Assembly: GCA_965228735.1 (NCBI GenBank)
Contig: OZ245838.1
Span: 5,824,001-5,888,000, forward strand
Origin: Planctomycetota bacterium
GTDB taxonomy: Bacteria; Planctomycetota; UBA1135; UBA2386
DNA: 64,000 nt
Direction of reading: 5' to 3'
A model generated the notes under the pieces. It was given only the letters and a program-made list of their open reading frames with translations. It was not told the DNA's origin and did not search any database. Position numbers and translations under genes: made by a program. This document shows positions 9,775-20,157 of this stretch, one piece after another. Position 1 is the first letter of the stretch; each line of letters opens with the position of its first letter.

Positions 9775-10529
9775 TGTCCTTGTTCCTTGGCTGGCCGCGG
9801 CCGCTCGCACCACGTCGGCAGCGCATCGCGAAAGTCCGGGTGCACGTAGGTCACCTTGTCCTTGATGCGCGCCTTCTCGGCCGCGTGCCATTCGTTCCAC
9901 GCGCCGACGGTGTGATGGAAGAAGCCGACCTGCGTGGCTTCGACGAGGTCTTCGCCGGCGACCGGCACCTCGGTGTACTCGTGGGTCGCGGCCAGCACGA
10001 ACCCGCGCGGCACGGCCAGCGGCTTGCTGACGCTGCCTTCGTTCATGCGATTGAACAGGTGGGCGGCGACCGGGATCGCGGGCTGCAGGCGCGTGTACTT
10101 CCGGCGTTCCTGCACCTCGAGGTTGCCGCCCTGCTGGGCCTGTTCGAGCTCGTAGACGTTGGTCAGCACCCCGCTGGCTTCGGTCGCCTCCCGAAGCAGC
10201 TGCGCGCGCTCCTCGGGAAACGCGCGTTCCGCGAGCCGCAGCGGGATCACGTGCTGCTCGAGCACGGCCTGCACGATCGTCTTCCTCCCCGCCATCGGAT
10301 ACGCGATGCGCAAGAAGTCGGCCCACTCGTCGACCTCGGCGAACGTGAACTCCATGCCGTCGAGGCGCAGGACGACGTCGGTCGGCTTCGGCCCGCTCGG
10401 GCCGGGCGCCGGCTTGCTGCCGCCGCACCCGGGGATCGGCAGCAGCGGCAGCGCGGCGAGGACCGCGAGCACGAGGAGCGGCACGCCGAAGCGGATGGTC
10501 GGCAGGCGGTCGGTCGATCGATCAGGCAT
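9771..10529 (-). CDS. Hypothetical lipoprotein with weak parvulin/PpiC-like resemblance
   Basis: Lipobox IPGC; LFNRMNEGSVSKPLAVPRGFVL resembles the parvulin G.VS.P....G.H segment. Confidence 0.6.
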   Translation of the reverse strand: MPDRSTDRLPTIRFGVPLLVLAVLAALPLLPIPGCGGSKPAPGPSGPKPTDVVLRLDGMEFTFAEVDEWADFLRIAYPMAGRKTIVQAVLEQHVIPLRLAERAFPEERAQLLREATEASGVLTNVYELEQAQQGGNLEVQERRKYTRLQPAIPVAAHLFNRMNEGSVSKPLAVPRGFVLAATHEYTEVPVAGEDLVEATQVGFFHHTVGAWNEWHAAEKARIKDKVTYVHPDFRDALPTWCERPRPAKEQGQ

Positions 10530-11217
10530 CGTTCGCGGGCGAATCGAGCCGGGCCAGGAACTTGCAGACCGGGCCCGTCAGGAAGCGATAGGTGGCGTAG
10601 AGGTTGTCAGCGAGGCGCGGCAACTCGGGGATCTGGGTCGCGCCGGCGAAGCTGCCGGTGTTCTCGATCCAGACCGAGCGGGGGTCCTGGGGCCACGACT
10701 CTACGCGCACATGATAGGTCTCCTGGCCGCCGTCGTGGGGCGGAAAGACGAATCGGGCGCCGAGCGACTGCAGCGGCCGGCCGATCGCCTCCCACGAGTC
10801 GGGCGGTGGCGCGAGCAGGCGCTGCTGCAGGAACGACCCGCCGTCCTTGAAGTGCCGGGGTTGGATCAGGGAGCGCACGATGATCTGCTGCGCGACGGTG
10901 GCCTGGATGCCGAGGGTCGAGAACGCGGTCTTGCTCACGTTCACGAGCCGCGTCGCGAACGATTCGACGGTCGTCGCGCGCAGCTCTTCCCGCAGCACGA
11001 GCCGGTCCGGACCGAACGTTGCCATCGAGATCTGGCCCGGTGCCTGCGGCATGTTCGACAGGTGGATGCCGTCGGGTGCGATCTGGAAATTCTGGTAGGC
11101 GAGCTCCGGCTGCCGGAACAGGGAGTTGTGGACGGTCTGCAGCAGGTCCGCCCGCAGCTGCTGCGGCGGGTAGAGGACTTCGGCGCAGAACGCGATGCTG
11201 CGAGGGTCGTAGGTCAT
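10522..11217 (-). CDS. Hypothetical cytoplasmic protein (possibly TIGR04255-like)
   Basis: ATG 11217 (MTYDPRSIAFCAEVLYPP); first gene of a tightly packed 4-gene run. Confidence 0.65.
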   Translation of the reverse strand: MTYDPRSIAFCAEVLYPPQQLRADLLQTVHNSLFRQPELAYQNFQIAPDGIHLSNMPQAPGQISMATFGPDRLVLREELRATTVESFATRLVNVSKTAFSTLGIQATVAQQIIVRSLIQPRHFKDGGSFLQQRLLAPPPDSWEAIGRPLQSLGARFVFPPHDGGQETYHVRVESWPQDPRSVWIENTGSFAGATQIPELPRLADNLYATYRFLTGPVCKFLARLDSPANDA

Positions 11218-11447
11218 TGCGGGAGCTCGTGATGATGGGGGCGCCGGGCCGACCGGAGCTGCGCCCCGAGGGGGGCTCGGGGCGCGATCGGGCGGTGTGG
11301 CCGGAGGTTGCTTTCCGAAGGTCGCAATCTGGGGCAACGAATCGGGAGGAATATCCCCGGGGCCTCGTTTCAGTGGGCCGCTGGGATACTCTCCCTGGCC
11401 GCGCTTTCCAGCCGAATCAGCTTCCCCTTCTACTCGTGAATCCGAAG

Positions 11448-13043
11448 ATGAATCCCGTTTTCGCCCTGTCTGCCGGCCTGTTGCTCGGCACCATCGCCGT
11501 CGCGCAGGACTCCGACGCCATCAAGTCGCTCCGGCGCGAGGTCAACAGCCTGCAGGAGCAGCTGATCGAGGAGCGCGCCAAGCTCCTGACCAATGTGAAG
11601 GTCAACGGCGTCGCCCTCGACCCCAAGGACGTGATGCGCGAGGCGGTCTACCTCACGGGCGGCAAGCTCGTCGAGGCCAAGGTCGCCGACTTCTTCATCC
11701 TCGAGGAGATGGCCAAGCAGATCGATTCGGGCCGCCGTCAGCCGGAGGAGTTCCTCGTCAAGGACGAGGATGTGATGGAGCAGCTCGCGCCGATGAAGGC
11801 CGAGTTCGAGACCAAGAATCCCGGCGTCGATTTCTGGACGGTCGTGCGTTCCCAGTTCGGCCTCAACAAGGAGACGTTCCTCGAGCAGCGCAAGCAGTCG
11901 ATCCTGTTCGACCGCGTGTTCTTCCCGGGCTCGCCGAGCAACTGGCCGGACATCACCAAGGAAGCGATCAAGTCGCAGACGCAGAGTGATCAGGGTCCGA
12001 AGTTCATCGAGCAGCTCGAGAAGGCGACCGAGGGCACCGACGAGAACGGCAACCCGAAGAAGCTGCCCGAGTTCTGGGTCAACATGATGCGCCAGTTCGT
12101 GCAGAAGGGTCTGCGCAACTGGAGTGACATCCAGTACGCGTCGCACGGCCTGCCGGCCGAGACCGTCCTGCGCGTCAACGACTTCGAGTGGTCGACCGAG
12201 CAGGCCTTCGAGTTCGTCAAGAAGGGCATGTTCGTGCAGGACCTCGAGCGCGCGATCCAGGAGGTCGCGGTGCGCGAGGCGCTGCGGCAGGAGCTCGTCG
12301 ACAAGGGCGCCTACGTCAGCGACGAGGAGTTCCACAACCGCTACGAGGAATACCGGCAGCCCTACGACACGACGCCGTTCACCGTCGAGGTCATCGCGAC
12401 GCGCTTCAAGGGCTACCCGTGCCTCGAGGCGTTCCGCTCGCGCTGGCGCCTGATCACGTCGTTCTCGGACATGATCAAGGACGAGATGACGACGGAGAAC
12501 CTGCAGGCGCACGCCGACAAGCACGCAGCGTTCTTCGCGGACGGCCAGGTCAGCATCGACATCATCCCGTTCCAGGCCCGCGACCCGAAGACGGGGGCCT
12601 GGCAGCCCAACGGCATGGCCGAGGCCAAGAAGCGCGCCCAGGTGGTCTTCGATCAGCTCGCGAGCAAGGAACTGAAGTTCGACGAAGCGATCGACAAGCA
12701 CGGCGAGTTCTTCAGCAACGACGAGAAGCGCGGCCGCCTCGGCTTCCTGCCGCTCAACCAACTCAAGCAGCAGCTCCGCGAGAGCGAATACACCCAGCTG
12801 CTCGACGGCTTCTCCGCGAGCTACTACCTGTTCTTCGACGCCGAGGCCGGCAAGACGCACGGTCCGATCCAGGGCGCCGACGGCTACTTCATCGCGCGCG
12901 TCAACTCGCGCACGCCGCCGCGCCGCAAGGTCAACGTCGAGAGCGAGAAGGAGCGCGAGCTCGTGACCGAGGACTACATCAACCACCGGTTCTTCCAGTG
13001 GGCGGCCGAGGTCATCGGCAAGGCTCAGTTCGGCAACCAGTAG
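11448..13043 (+). CDS. Periplasmic SurA/parvulin-type peptidyl-prolyl isomerase chaperone
   Basis: Signal peptide; AKKRAQ…FDEAIDKHGE…RGRLG…GPIQGADGYFIARV rotamase pattern; strong codon bias. Confidence 0.7.
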   Translation: MNPVFALSAGLLLGTIAVAQDSDAIKSLRREVNSLQEQLIEERAKLLTNVKVNGVALDPKDVMREAVYLTGGKLVEAKVADFFILEEMAKQIDSGRRQPEEFLVKDEDVMEQLAPMKAEFETKNPGVDFWTVVRSQFGLNKETFLEQRKQSILFDRVFFPGSPSNWPDITKEAIKSQTQSDQGPKFIEQLEKATEGTDENGNPKKLPEFWVNMMRQFVQKGLRNWSDIQYASHGLPAETVLRVNDFEWSTEQAFEFVKKGMFVQDLERAIQEVAVREALRQELVDKGAYVSDEEFHNRYEEYRQPYDTTPFTVEVIATRFKGYPCLEAFRSRWRLITSFSDMIKDEMTTENLQAHADKHAAFFADGQVSIDIIPFQARDPKTGAWQPNGMAEAKKRAQVVFDQLASKELKFDEAIDKHGEFFSNDEKRGRLGFLPLNQLKQQLRESEYTQLLDGFSASYYLFFDAEAGKTHGPIQGADGYFIARVNSRTPPRRKVNVESEKERELVTEDYINHRFFQWAAEVIGKAQFGNQ

Positions 13044-13150
13044 TTGGTAGCCAGTAGAGCTCGCGCCAGCGAGCCGGCGGCCGTTACGGAGTCGCCGGAC
13101 CCAGGACCCCGCCCAGCGATTCCATCGCGCGGCGGGGTCCTGGCGTTAGG

Positions 13151-15088
13151 ATGCGCCGCGTGACAGGTCAGGCAGGCGGTGGCGGCGCAGGGCGCCCGGA
13201 CGACGGCAGCGTGCGAGCGCTGCTGTCGCGGCTCTGGCAGGCGATCCTCACGCACCGCGCGATGGTCGCCGGCATGGTGGCGTTCGCCGTTCTCGAGACG
13301 ATCTTCACCAAGTTCCCGCTCGTGCTCATCAAGCCGTTGATGGGCGAGCTGGCGAGCGGTGGCGAGCAGCCGGCGAAGCTGATCCCGGACCCGTGGCTCT
13401 CGCCGCTCCTCCCCGGGTCGGATAAGGACCTGACCGAACAGGTCACGGACGACTTCAACGCGTGGTTCCGCGACTTCGCGCAGGACTTCGTGCAGTTCTT
13501 CGGCGTCGGCTTCGAGAGCGAGAGCATGAACGTCGTCATCGCGTGCGGCCTCGTCGCGATGATCTGCGGCGTGTTCGGCGCCGTGACGATCTACTTCGTG
13601 CAGACGATCTCGCGGTTCTTCGCCGTGCGCGTGATCGCCGGCTTGCGGATCGAGCTCGCGGATCACTTCCTGCGGTTGCCGCTGCGGTTCTACGGTCGGC
13701 AGCGCATGGGCGAGATGATCAGCAAGGTCACGAACGACACGCAGGTCATGCAGCGCTCGTTCGAGCTCGCGGCCGATCACATCGTCGTCGACCCGCTCAT
13801 GATCGCCGGCAACTTCGCGATCCTCGCCTACTTCGTGCCGCAGGCCATCTGGGTGCTGCTGATCATGGTCCCGCTGATGGCGATCCCGATGTATCGCCAG
13901 GGCCGCAAGGTGCAGAAGCGCAGCAGCAAGAGCCTCGCGGCGATGGGGGAGGCGACCGAATCGCTGAATCAGATCCTGACCGGCATCCGCACCGTCAAGG
14001 CGTTCCAGCTCGAGGATCAGCGGCTGGGCGACTACGAACGCAACACCGCGACGTTCCTGGAGCGAACGCGCCGCATGCTGCGGGCGAAGGGACGGTCGAT
14101 CGCGCAGACGTTCGTCGGCTACCAGATCGGGTTCGCGGTCCTGCTCGGCCTGCTCGGTTACGTCGTGCTCGTCGATCGCAGCATCGACTTCACCGACATC
14201 GGCGTCGCGCTCGTGCCGCTGTCCACGACGTATCAGCACGTCAAGCGCATGACGCGGTCGTACCACGTGCTCATGGAGTCGGCCGGCGCGCTGCAGGGCA
14301 TCGAAGCGATCCTGCAGTCCGAGCGGGACGTCAACCAGCACGGCGGCAAGCCGATCGACACTGTGCGCGGGCGCGTCGAGCTCGAGGACGTGTGGTTCGG
14401 CTATGGCGACGAATCGGTGCTGCGCGGCGTGTCGCTCGCGGTCGAGGCGGGGCAGACCGTCGCGTTCGTCGGCCCGTCCGGTGCCGGCAAGTCGACGCTC
14501 ATGGATCTCCTCATGCGGTTCCACGACCCGAGCCGCGGCGTCGTGCGCATCGACGGGATGGACCTGCGCGAGGTCCGGCTCGCGGATTTCCGTGCGCAGA
14601 CCGCGGTCGTGAGCCAGCAGCCGTTCCTGTTCAACACGACGATCCGCGAGAACATCGCGTGCGGTCGCCCCGGCGCGAGCCAGAGCGAGATCGAGGACGC
14701 CGCGCGTGCGGCCAACATCCACGAGTTCATCGCGGGCCTGCCCGGGGGCTACGACACCCAGGCCGGCGAACGCGGCAGCAACCTCAGCGGCGGTCAGATG
14801 CAACGGATCACGATCGCGCGCGCGATCCTGCGCGATCCCGCGATCCTGTTCCTCGACGAGGCGACGTCGGCGCTCGACTCCGAGAGCGAAGAACTCGTGC
14901 AGCGCGCGCTCGACGGCCTGCGTCGGGGCCGCACGTCGTTCGTGATCGCCCACCGGCTGTCCTCGATCGTCGACGCCGATGTCATCGTCGTGCTCGACCG
15001 GGGCAAGGTCGTCGAGTCCGGCTCGCACCAGGAGCTCCTCGCCCGCGAAGGCGCCTACAAGCGCATGCACGACCTGCAGACGGCCTGA
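13151..15088 (+). CDS. ABC transporter permease/ATP-binding fusion (MsbA-like exporter)
   Basis: N-terminal TM domain; GPSGAGKS, LSGGQ, LFLDEATSALD and IAHRLS motifs; alternative start GTG 13160. Confidence 0.9.
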   Translation: MRRVTGQAGGGGAGRPDDGSVRALLSRLWQAILTHRAMVAGMVAFAVLETIFTKFPLVLIKPLMGELASGGEQPAKLIPDPWLSPLLPGSDKDLTEQVTDDFNAWFRDFAQDFVQFFGVGFESESMNVVIACGLVAMICGVFGAVTIYFVQTISRFFAVRVIAGLRIELADHFLRLPLRFYGRQRMGEMISKVTNDTQVMQRSFELAADHIVVDPLMIAGNFAILAYFVPQAIWVLLIMVPLMAIPMYRQGRKVQKRSSKSLAAMGEATESLNQILTGIRTVKAFQLEDQRLGDYERNTATFLERTRRMLRAKGRSIAQTFVGYQIGFAVLLGLLGYVVLVDRSIDFTDIGVALVPLSTTYQHVKRMTRSYHVLMESAGALQGIEAILQSERDVNQHGGKPIDTVRGRVELEDVWFGYGDESVLRGVSLAVEAGQTVAFVGPSGAGKSTLMDLLMRFHDPSRGVVRIDGMDLREVRLADFRAQTAVVSQQPFLFNTTIRENIACGRPGASQSEIEDAARAANIHEFIAGLPGGYDTQAGERGSNLSGGQMQRITIARAILRDPAILFLDEATSALDSESEELVQRALDGLRRGRTSFVIAHRLSSIVDADVIVVLDRGKVVESGSHQELLAREGAYKRMHDLQTA

Positions 15089-15090
15089 GG

Positions 15091-16494
15091 ATGCCGAACT
15101 CGGTATCCTCGCCCGTCATGTCGAACGTGCGCACGCCGGGGGTCGCCCTGTTGATCTCGTTGCTCGTCGGAACGGTCGGGCTGCGGGCCCAGGAATCGAC
15201 GCCGGGGCACCTGGAGCAACGTCTGGCCGGGCTCGCGATGTCCTACACGGACTGGGTGTTGCTGCGTGACATCTGCGACAAGGCCGCGCGCGACCGCGAA
15301 GCCGCGCTGCCGATCGTGACCCGGGCGGTCGCGACGGCGCGCGAGAGCGGGGACCCGCGGTACCACGTCCGCGTCCTCGGCGTGCTCGCGCGCATCGACG
15401 ACGCCGGTCTAGAGCAGCTGCGGGCGATCATCGCCGGCGACCAGGTCGGGACGGCAGCCGTGGCGGCGCGGGTCCTCGGGCGGTGCGGTCGCGCGGATGC
15501 GGCGCTGGGGCTGTCGCTGCGCGAGGCTCTCGAGGCCGAGCAGCGCCCGTGGGTGGCATCCGCGATCGCGCTCGCCGCTGCCGACGCGGGTGCGACGAGC
15601 GTGGCGCCCGCGATCCAGGCCCGTCTGCGCGCAGGCGACCTGCCGAAGGAGGTCGCGCTGTGGTTCGCGAGCGCGCTCGCCATCGTGCGCAAACCCCCGC
15701 TTCGAACGATCGACGGCTGGCTCCGTTCGGACTCGGCGCTCGCGGATGCCGGCGTTCTCGCCACGCGCTGGCACGGTCGCCAGCGTCGGTTCGAGGAGCT
15801 GTTGCTCGATCGAATGGCGACGGTCGAGGGCGACGCACGGGATTGGGTCGCGCAGTCGTTGGGCGTGTGTGGCGGCGAGTCGGCGAAGCGCGTGCTGCGC
15901 GAGAGCTACATCGCGGACTCGGAGAGCGACGGCGGGGCGGTCATCGTGTCGAGCAACGTCGATGCGCGCCTGCTCGCGCTGGCGAGGCTCGGCGAGCCGG
16001 TGGCGCGGAGGTGGTTGGCCAAGGCGGTCGAAGGCGACTTCCGATCGGCCACCGCGAGCCCGTCGTTCGAGCTCCTCACGCCCGAGACGGCGCGGCTCGC
16101 GGAGCTCTACGGCAAGTGGCGTTGCCCGGGCTCGACCGCGGCGTTGGCGGCCCGCCTCGCCGGGGCCCGCGGCCACGCAACGTCGCGGGCGTACGCCGCG
16201 CGTGGACTCTGCTGGCAGCGTGACGTTCGCGGGCTGTCGGCCTCGGCGGATCTGCTCGTCACACCGAAGCTCTCGACCCTCGAGCGCGGCTTGGGAATGG
16301 CGCTGACCAAAGCCCAGGCGAACCTGCACGAGTTCGTCGCCAACGCCGACCGGCCGGACTACGTCGTCGTCGATGACGACGAAGCGGCGGCCGCGAAGGT
16401 CGGTCGCGCCTGGCGGACCTGGCTCGAAGAGAACGCGGACGCGATCGAATGGCGCGAACCGTTGCCTGGCGACGACCTCATCGTCTGGCGCTGA
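15091..16494 (+). CDS. Secreted HEAT-repeat-like protein
   Basis: Signal-like ALLISLLVGTVGLRAQ; Ala/Leu/Arg helical repeats (AARVLG, VAQSLG, LLALARLG); start 15091 or 15118. Confidence 0.65.
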   Translation: MPNSVSSPVMSNVRTPGVALLISLLVGTVGLRAQESTPGHLEQRLAGLAMSYTDWVLLRDICDKAARDREAALPIVTRAVATARESGDPRYHVRVLGVLARIDDAGLEQLRAIIAGDQVGTAAVAARVLGRCGRADAALGLSLREALEAEQRPWVASAIALAAADAGATSVAPAIQARLRAGDLPKEVALWFASALAIVRKPPLRTIDGWLRSDSALADAGVLATRWHGRQRRFEELLLDRMATVEGDARDWVAQSLGVCGGESAKRVLRESYIADSESDGGAVIVSSNVDARLLALARLGEPVARRWLAKAVEGDFRSATASPSFELLTPETARLAELYGKWRCPGSTAALAARLAGARGHATSRAYAARGLCWQRDVRGLSASADLLVTPKLSTLERGLGMALTKAQANLHEFVANADRPDYVVVDDDEAAAAKVGRAWRTWLEENADAIEWREPLPGDDLIVWR

Positions 16495-16529
16495 CGCCGG
16501 CCCGGCGAGGAACCCCGCAAGCTGACGAC

Positions 16530-17228
16530 GTGGGCGCGATACTCCAACGATCGGAGCGACCGGCGAGCCCGGCCGAGCTCGCCGAGGCGCGGCGCCGGAT
16601 CTCCGGTGCGGGCAGCCTCGGGTGCGCGGCGCTGTTCTCCGTCGGCATCGTGACCGCGGGCGTGCATCTCGGTTCGCAGTGGAGCGAAGTCGGCGCCTGG
16701 ATCGTGGGGTCACTCGTCGCCGTGATCGTGACGTTCGCGCTCGTCGGCTCGGCCCGTTCCGCCGCGCGGCTCAACGCCCGCGTGCGCGCCGACGTGGCGG
16801 CCGGCAAGGTCGAACTCCTCGATCTCTTCGACGCCGAGCCGGTGAACGTGCAGCCCACACGTTCGGCCGTGTCGCCCGGCCTGCTGTTCGACCTCGACGG
16901 CGGCCGCTGTCTGGTCCTCGTCGGCCAGTGGCTGACGGCGCCCGAGACCTACGGCGGCAGCTACGTCGAACGGTCCGCCGATGCGGAGACGGACGGCGAG
17001 TCGGAGGCCTATCCCGTGAGTGCGCCCCCGTACGCGTTCCCGACGAGCGAGTTCACCGTGATTCGCCTGCCGCGGTCCGGTCAGGTGCTGCGCATCGAGC
17101 GCCGCGGCGAGTATCGCCGGCCCGGCCCGGCGCGGGAGCTCGACCTCACGCCGATCGGCGACATGCCGAGTCGGGTGATCGATTGCCCGGTGAGCGGGAT
17201 CGAGGAGCACCTGCGGCGCGTTCGCTGA
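16530..17228 (+). CDS. Hypothetical membrane protein (2 TM plus soluble domain)
   Basis: Two hydrophobic segments and host-like codon usage; GTG start inferred. Confidence 0.6.
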   Translation: MGAILQRSERPASPAELAEARRRISGAGSLGCAALFSVGIVTAGVHLGSQWSEVGAWIVGSLVAVIVTFALVGSARSAARLNARVRADVAAGKVELLDLFDAEPVNVQPTRSAVSPGLLFDLDGGRCLVLVGQWLTAPETYGGSYVERSADAETDGESEAYPVSAPPYAFPTSEFTVIRLPRSGQVLRIERRGEYRRPGPARELDLTPIGDMPSRVIDCPVSGIEEHLRRVR

Positions 17229-17250
17229 ACCCGCAGAGAATGACGAGCCC

Positions 17251-17538
17251 ATGAGCCATCCCCGCCGGTCCCCCGCCGAGCTCTTCGCGCGCGGCAGCTC
17301 GTTCCGGATCTGCGCGGAGCTGCACGTGTGGCCGCCGCTCGCGACGATGAACGCGTTCCTGCAGTGCGAGGTCGACGACGTCGAGCCGGATGGCGAGCTG
17401 CGGTGGTCGGCGTTCGAGCTCGGGGATGTCGACTACGACGCGGCGGTCCGCGCGGTCGATCCGCGCGGCGTGATCGACGCGCTGGGTGTGCCGTCCGGAG
17501 ACTGGCGGGCGTGGTTCCTCGTCGCGGTCGGCCGCTAG
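17251..17538 (+). CDS. Small hypothetical protein
   Basis: 95-aa ORF with plausible composition that fills the gap in a + strand run. Confidence 0.5.
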   Translation: MSHPRRSPAELFARGSSFRICAELHVWPPLATMNAFLQCEVDDVEPDGELRWSAFELGDVDYDAAVRAVDPRGVIDALGVPSGDWRAWFLVAVGR

Positions 17539-17698
17539 CGTTCCGGTCGTGGCTCGCGCTGAGGCGCTCGTCCGCGGGGTGGGCCGAGGCTCTCCCGGGG
17601 GCCCGCAGGGTTACCTCGCCGGCTCGCTGGACTAACGCTCATGGACAATTCCGAAGGGGTGTCGTCCGGCTCGAGGTCGGGCGGCGCACGAGGTTCGA

Positions 17699-18142
17699 AT
17701 GCTTGCCAATCCGGTCGTCATCCCGGTCTACGCCGATCCGGTCGTGTGGATCATCGGAGTGCTCGGGCTGGTCGTCGAGATCGCGCTCGTGGCGCGGCTC
17801 GTCGCCCTGGGTCGACTGCGCGGCAGTCGCGTCACGGACATCATCGTGCTGCTCAACCTCGTGACGTGGGTCACGTTCCTGGTCGCCGTCGATCAGCTGG
17901 TCGCGCCGGCGAGCGACAACGCGATCCGGGTCCTCGTCGGCCTCGAGCTCGGCGTCGTCGTGATCGAAGCGGCCGCGCTTCGCGTTCTGACGCATCGTCG
18001 CTGGCCCGAGACGGTCGGCCCGTTCCGGCGACTCGGCCTCGGTGGCGCGTTCGCCGTGTCGCTGCTGGGCAACATCGTGTCGATTGCGGTCAGCAGCGCG
18101 TTGCCGCTGTCGATCTGGGGGATCCGCTCGTTGTTGGCGTGA
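17699..18142 (+). CDS. Hypothetical 4-TM membrane protein
   Basis: Hydrophobic helices with VVE…, N, IE…, N.VS pattern. Confidence 0.65.
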   Translation: MLANPVVIPVYADPVVWIIGVLGLVVEIALVARLVALGRLRGSRVTDIIVLLNLVTWVTFLVAVDQLVAPASDNAIRVLVGLELGVVVIEAAALRVLTHRRWPETVGPFRRLGLGGAFAVSLLGNIVSIAVSSALPLSIWGIRSLLA

Positions 18143-18205
18143 AGCTCCGAGGTCGGGTGCCCGCACCGAGGGTTTTGGGGGCGACAGAGTATCGTGACGA
18201 CCAGC

Positions 18206-18424
18206 ATGAGTGACCGCTTCGAGTACCGCGTCGTGCACTTCAACGCCGAGCGTTGGACCGTGTCCGGGCTGCCGAACGACCTCAACGAGTTGTTCGACGA
18301 GTATGGCTCGCAGGGCTGGGAACTCGTCGGCACCGAAGCGGTTCAGCGGGCCTCGTTGTTCCTGTGGGGTGGGTCGAGGACCGTCGGCGTCGTCGCGTTC
18401 TTCAAGCGGCGCCTCGCGCCGTAG
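18206..18424 (+). CDS. DUF4177-domain small protein
   Basis: FEYRVV…LNELFDEYGSQGWELV…FFKR matches the family pattern. Confidence 0.8.
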   Translation: MSDRFEYRVVHFNAERWTVSGLPNDLNELFDEYGSQGWELVGTEAVQRASLFLWGGSRTVGVVAFFKRRLAP

Positions 18425-18456
18425 TCTGCCGCGGCAGCCGCCTGCAGCCGAACGCC

Positions 18457-18729
18457 ATGAGCAACTCCCATCACGAACATCGCGACGACGAGCCGGATCG
18501 GTTCGAGCCCGACGAACAGCCGAAATCGATGCTGCGGGAACTCGGCGAGGGCGCAGTGCAGGAGGCGCGGTTCTCGTTCCGATTCGCGCTCGTCATGGCT
18601 CTGGTCGGCGGCGTCGTTCTCGGGGGGCTGGGGCTCTGGAACTTCGGCACGCCGGGGCTGTTGATCGGCGGCGGGGCCGGCGCGGTTGCCGGCGGCGCGG
18701 TGGGGCTGTGGGCGTGGTTCAACGCCTAG
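18457..18729 (+). CDS. Small membrane protein (glycine-rich TM hairpin)
   Basis: Acidic N-terminus followed by two Gly-rich hydrophobic helices. Confidence 0.6.
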   Translation: MSNSHHEHRDDEPDRFEPDEQPKSMLRELGEGAVQEARFSFRFALVMALVGGVVLGGLGLWNFGTPGLLIGGGAGAVAGGAVGLWAWFNA

Positions 18730-18868
18730 ACGGAAGCGGTTGGCGGAAACGCGCGACGAACCCGGGCTCGGCCCCGATTCGCCTCGGCGGCCAGCCGGCA
18801 CCGGCGGTAACGTAGGCCTCCTGGCGTTCACGCTCCCGACGCCAGCAGCCCCGCCTCCGAGGTCCACG

Positions 18869-19912
18869 ATGCGAACCCTCCTCTCCCTCTCCGCCCTCCT
18901 CGTCGCCCCCGCGTTCACGGTCTCCTCCGCGCTCGCCCAGACCACGATCGCGCTGTCCACGGGCGCGCCCGTCGCCGTGATGACGAACGAAGCCGGTGCG
19001 AACGCGACGTTCGACGGCGTCGCGCAGGGCACGGCGATCACGGGGTGGCCCAACAACGTCGCGATCTCGACGAGCCAATACCCGAACGGCAAGTCGCTCT
19101 ACGCGTCGACGAGCATCTACGCGACGCAGCCGTACCAGGGCGGCATCGGGTTCAACTTCTTCGAGCGCGCCGCGGTGCGCGGGGCGCCGGCCGACGTCGC
19201 GGGCACGAGCGCGTCCGCGACCGCGACCGGGGCGACCGTCGCGCCGCACGAAGTGCTCGCGACCTACTCGGCGACCCCGGGCACGGTCGGTGTCATCCGG
19301 GTCTCCTACCAGAACAACCCGGCGCAGGGCGGCGTCGTGGTCGCGACGGTCGACATCGACGACGACGGCACGCTCGAGTTCAACCAGTCGACGGGCGGGG
19401 TCGCGAACATTCCCTACACGTTCGGCCCGAGCGGTCAGGTCACGGTGCGCGTGACGAGCGAGTGTCACATCAACGGCGTCGGCGTCGGTACCCACAACTA
19501 CTGCTGGGCCGACATCTGGGTCGGCTTCCGGCCGGACCTCACGGCGACGTGCACGCTGACGAACTACGGTCAGGGTTGCGGCGGCGTCGCGGCGGTCGGC
19601 AGCGAGCAGATCAACGCCGGCAACCGAACGATCACGATCGCCGGCTCGGGTTGTTTCCCGGGGGACCCGGTGATCGTCGCGAGCGGTTCACAGCAGATCA
19701 ATCTGCCGCTCCTGCTCGGCTGCTCGCTCCTGAGCAACGCCGAGGGCGTCACGCTCGTGACCGCGGATGCCGCCGGTGACGCGAGCGCGAGCTGGGTGAT
19801 CCCGGTGACGGTCATCGGCACGACCTTTGTTCAGATGCTGCCGATCACGACGCAGAATCAGGCACTCGTGATCAGTGCCAGCAACGGCGTCGAGATCGAC
19901 TGCTTCCTGTAG
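18869..19912 (+). CDS. Secreted beta-rich protein with an unnamed C-terminal domain
   Basis: Signal peptide MRTLLSLSALL…SALA-Q; Thr/Gly-rich; C-terminal NYGQGCG…VQ…ASNGVEI. Confidence 0.75.
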   Translation: MRTLLSLSALLVAPAFTVSSALAQTTIALSTGAPVAVMTNEAGANATFDGVAQGTAITGWPNNVAISTSQYPNGKSLYASTSIYATQPYQGGIGFNFFERAAVRGAPADVAGTSASATATGATVAPHEVLATYSATPGTVGVIRVSYQNNPAQGGVVVATVDIDDDGTLEFNQSTGGVANIPYTFGPSGQVTVRVTSECHINGVGVGTHNYCWADIWVGFRPDLTATCTLTNYGQGCGGVAAVGSEQINAGNRTITIAGSGCFPGDPVIVASGSQQINLPLLLGCSLLSNAEGVTLVTADAAGDASASWVIPVTVIGTTFVQMLPITTQNQALVISASNGVEIDCFL

Positions 19913-19929
19913 CGCGCCGGGAGGCGACC

Positions 19930-20151
19930 ATGAACGAGCAGACGCCGCGCGACGACGAGCAGGAACGCAAGAGCCGGCAGGCCACGTCGATGGGTTCCGG
20001 CGTCGCGATCGGCGTCGGGATCGGGGTGGCGCTGGGCGTCGCGCTCGACAACATCGCGATCGGGATCGCGATCGGTGCGGGTGTCGGCGTCGCGCTGGGA
20101 GCGGGTGGGGCCGCTGCCGCTCAGGGCAGGAGCAAGGGTGACGGGAGTTGA
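19930..20151 (+). CDS. Small glycine-zipper membrane protein
   Basis: GGAGG RBS upstream; GxxxG repeats GVAIGVGIGVALGVALDNIAIGIAIG. Confidence 0.75.
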   Translation: MNEQTPRDDEQERKSRQATSMGSGVAIGVGIGVALGVALDNIAIGIAIGAGVGVALGAGGAAAAQGRSKGDGS

Positions 20152-20157
20152 CGAGCG

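Noticed and set aside
13462..16494. 1010-aa ORF overlapping the ABC transporter
   Set aside because: Only the part from 15091 looks coding; the upstream part is an alternate-frame extension over the ABC gene
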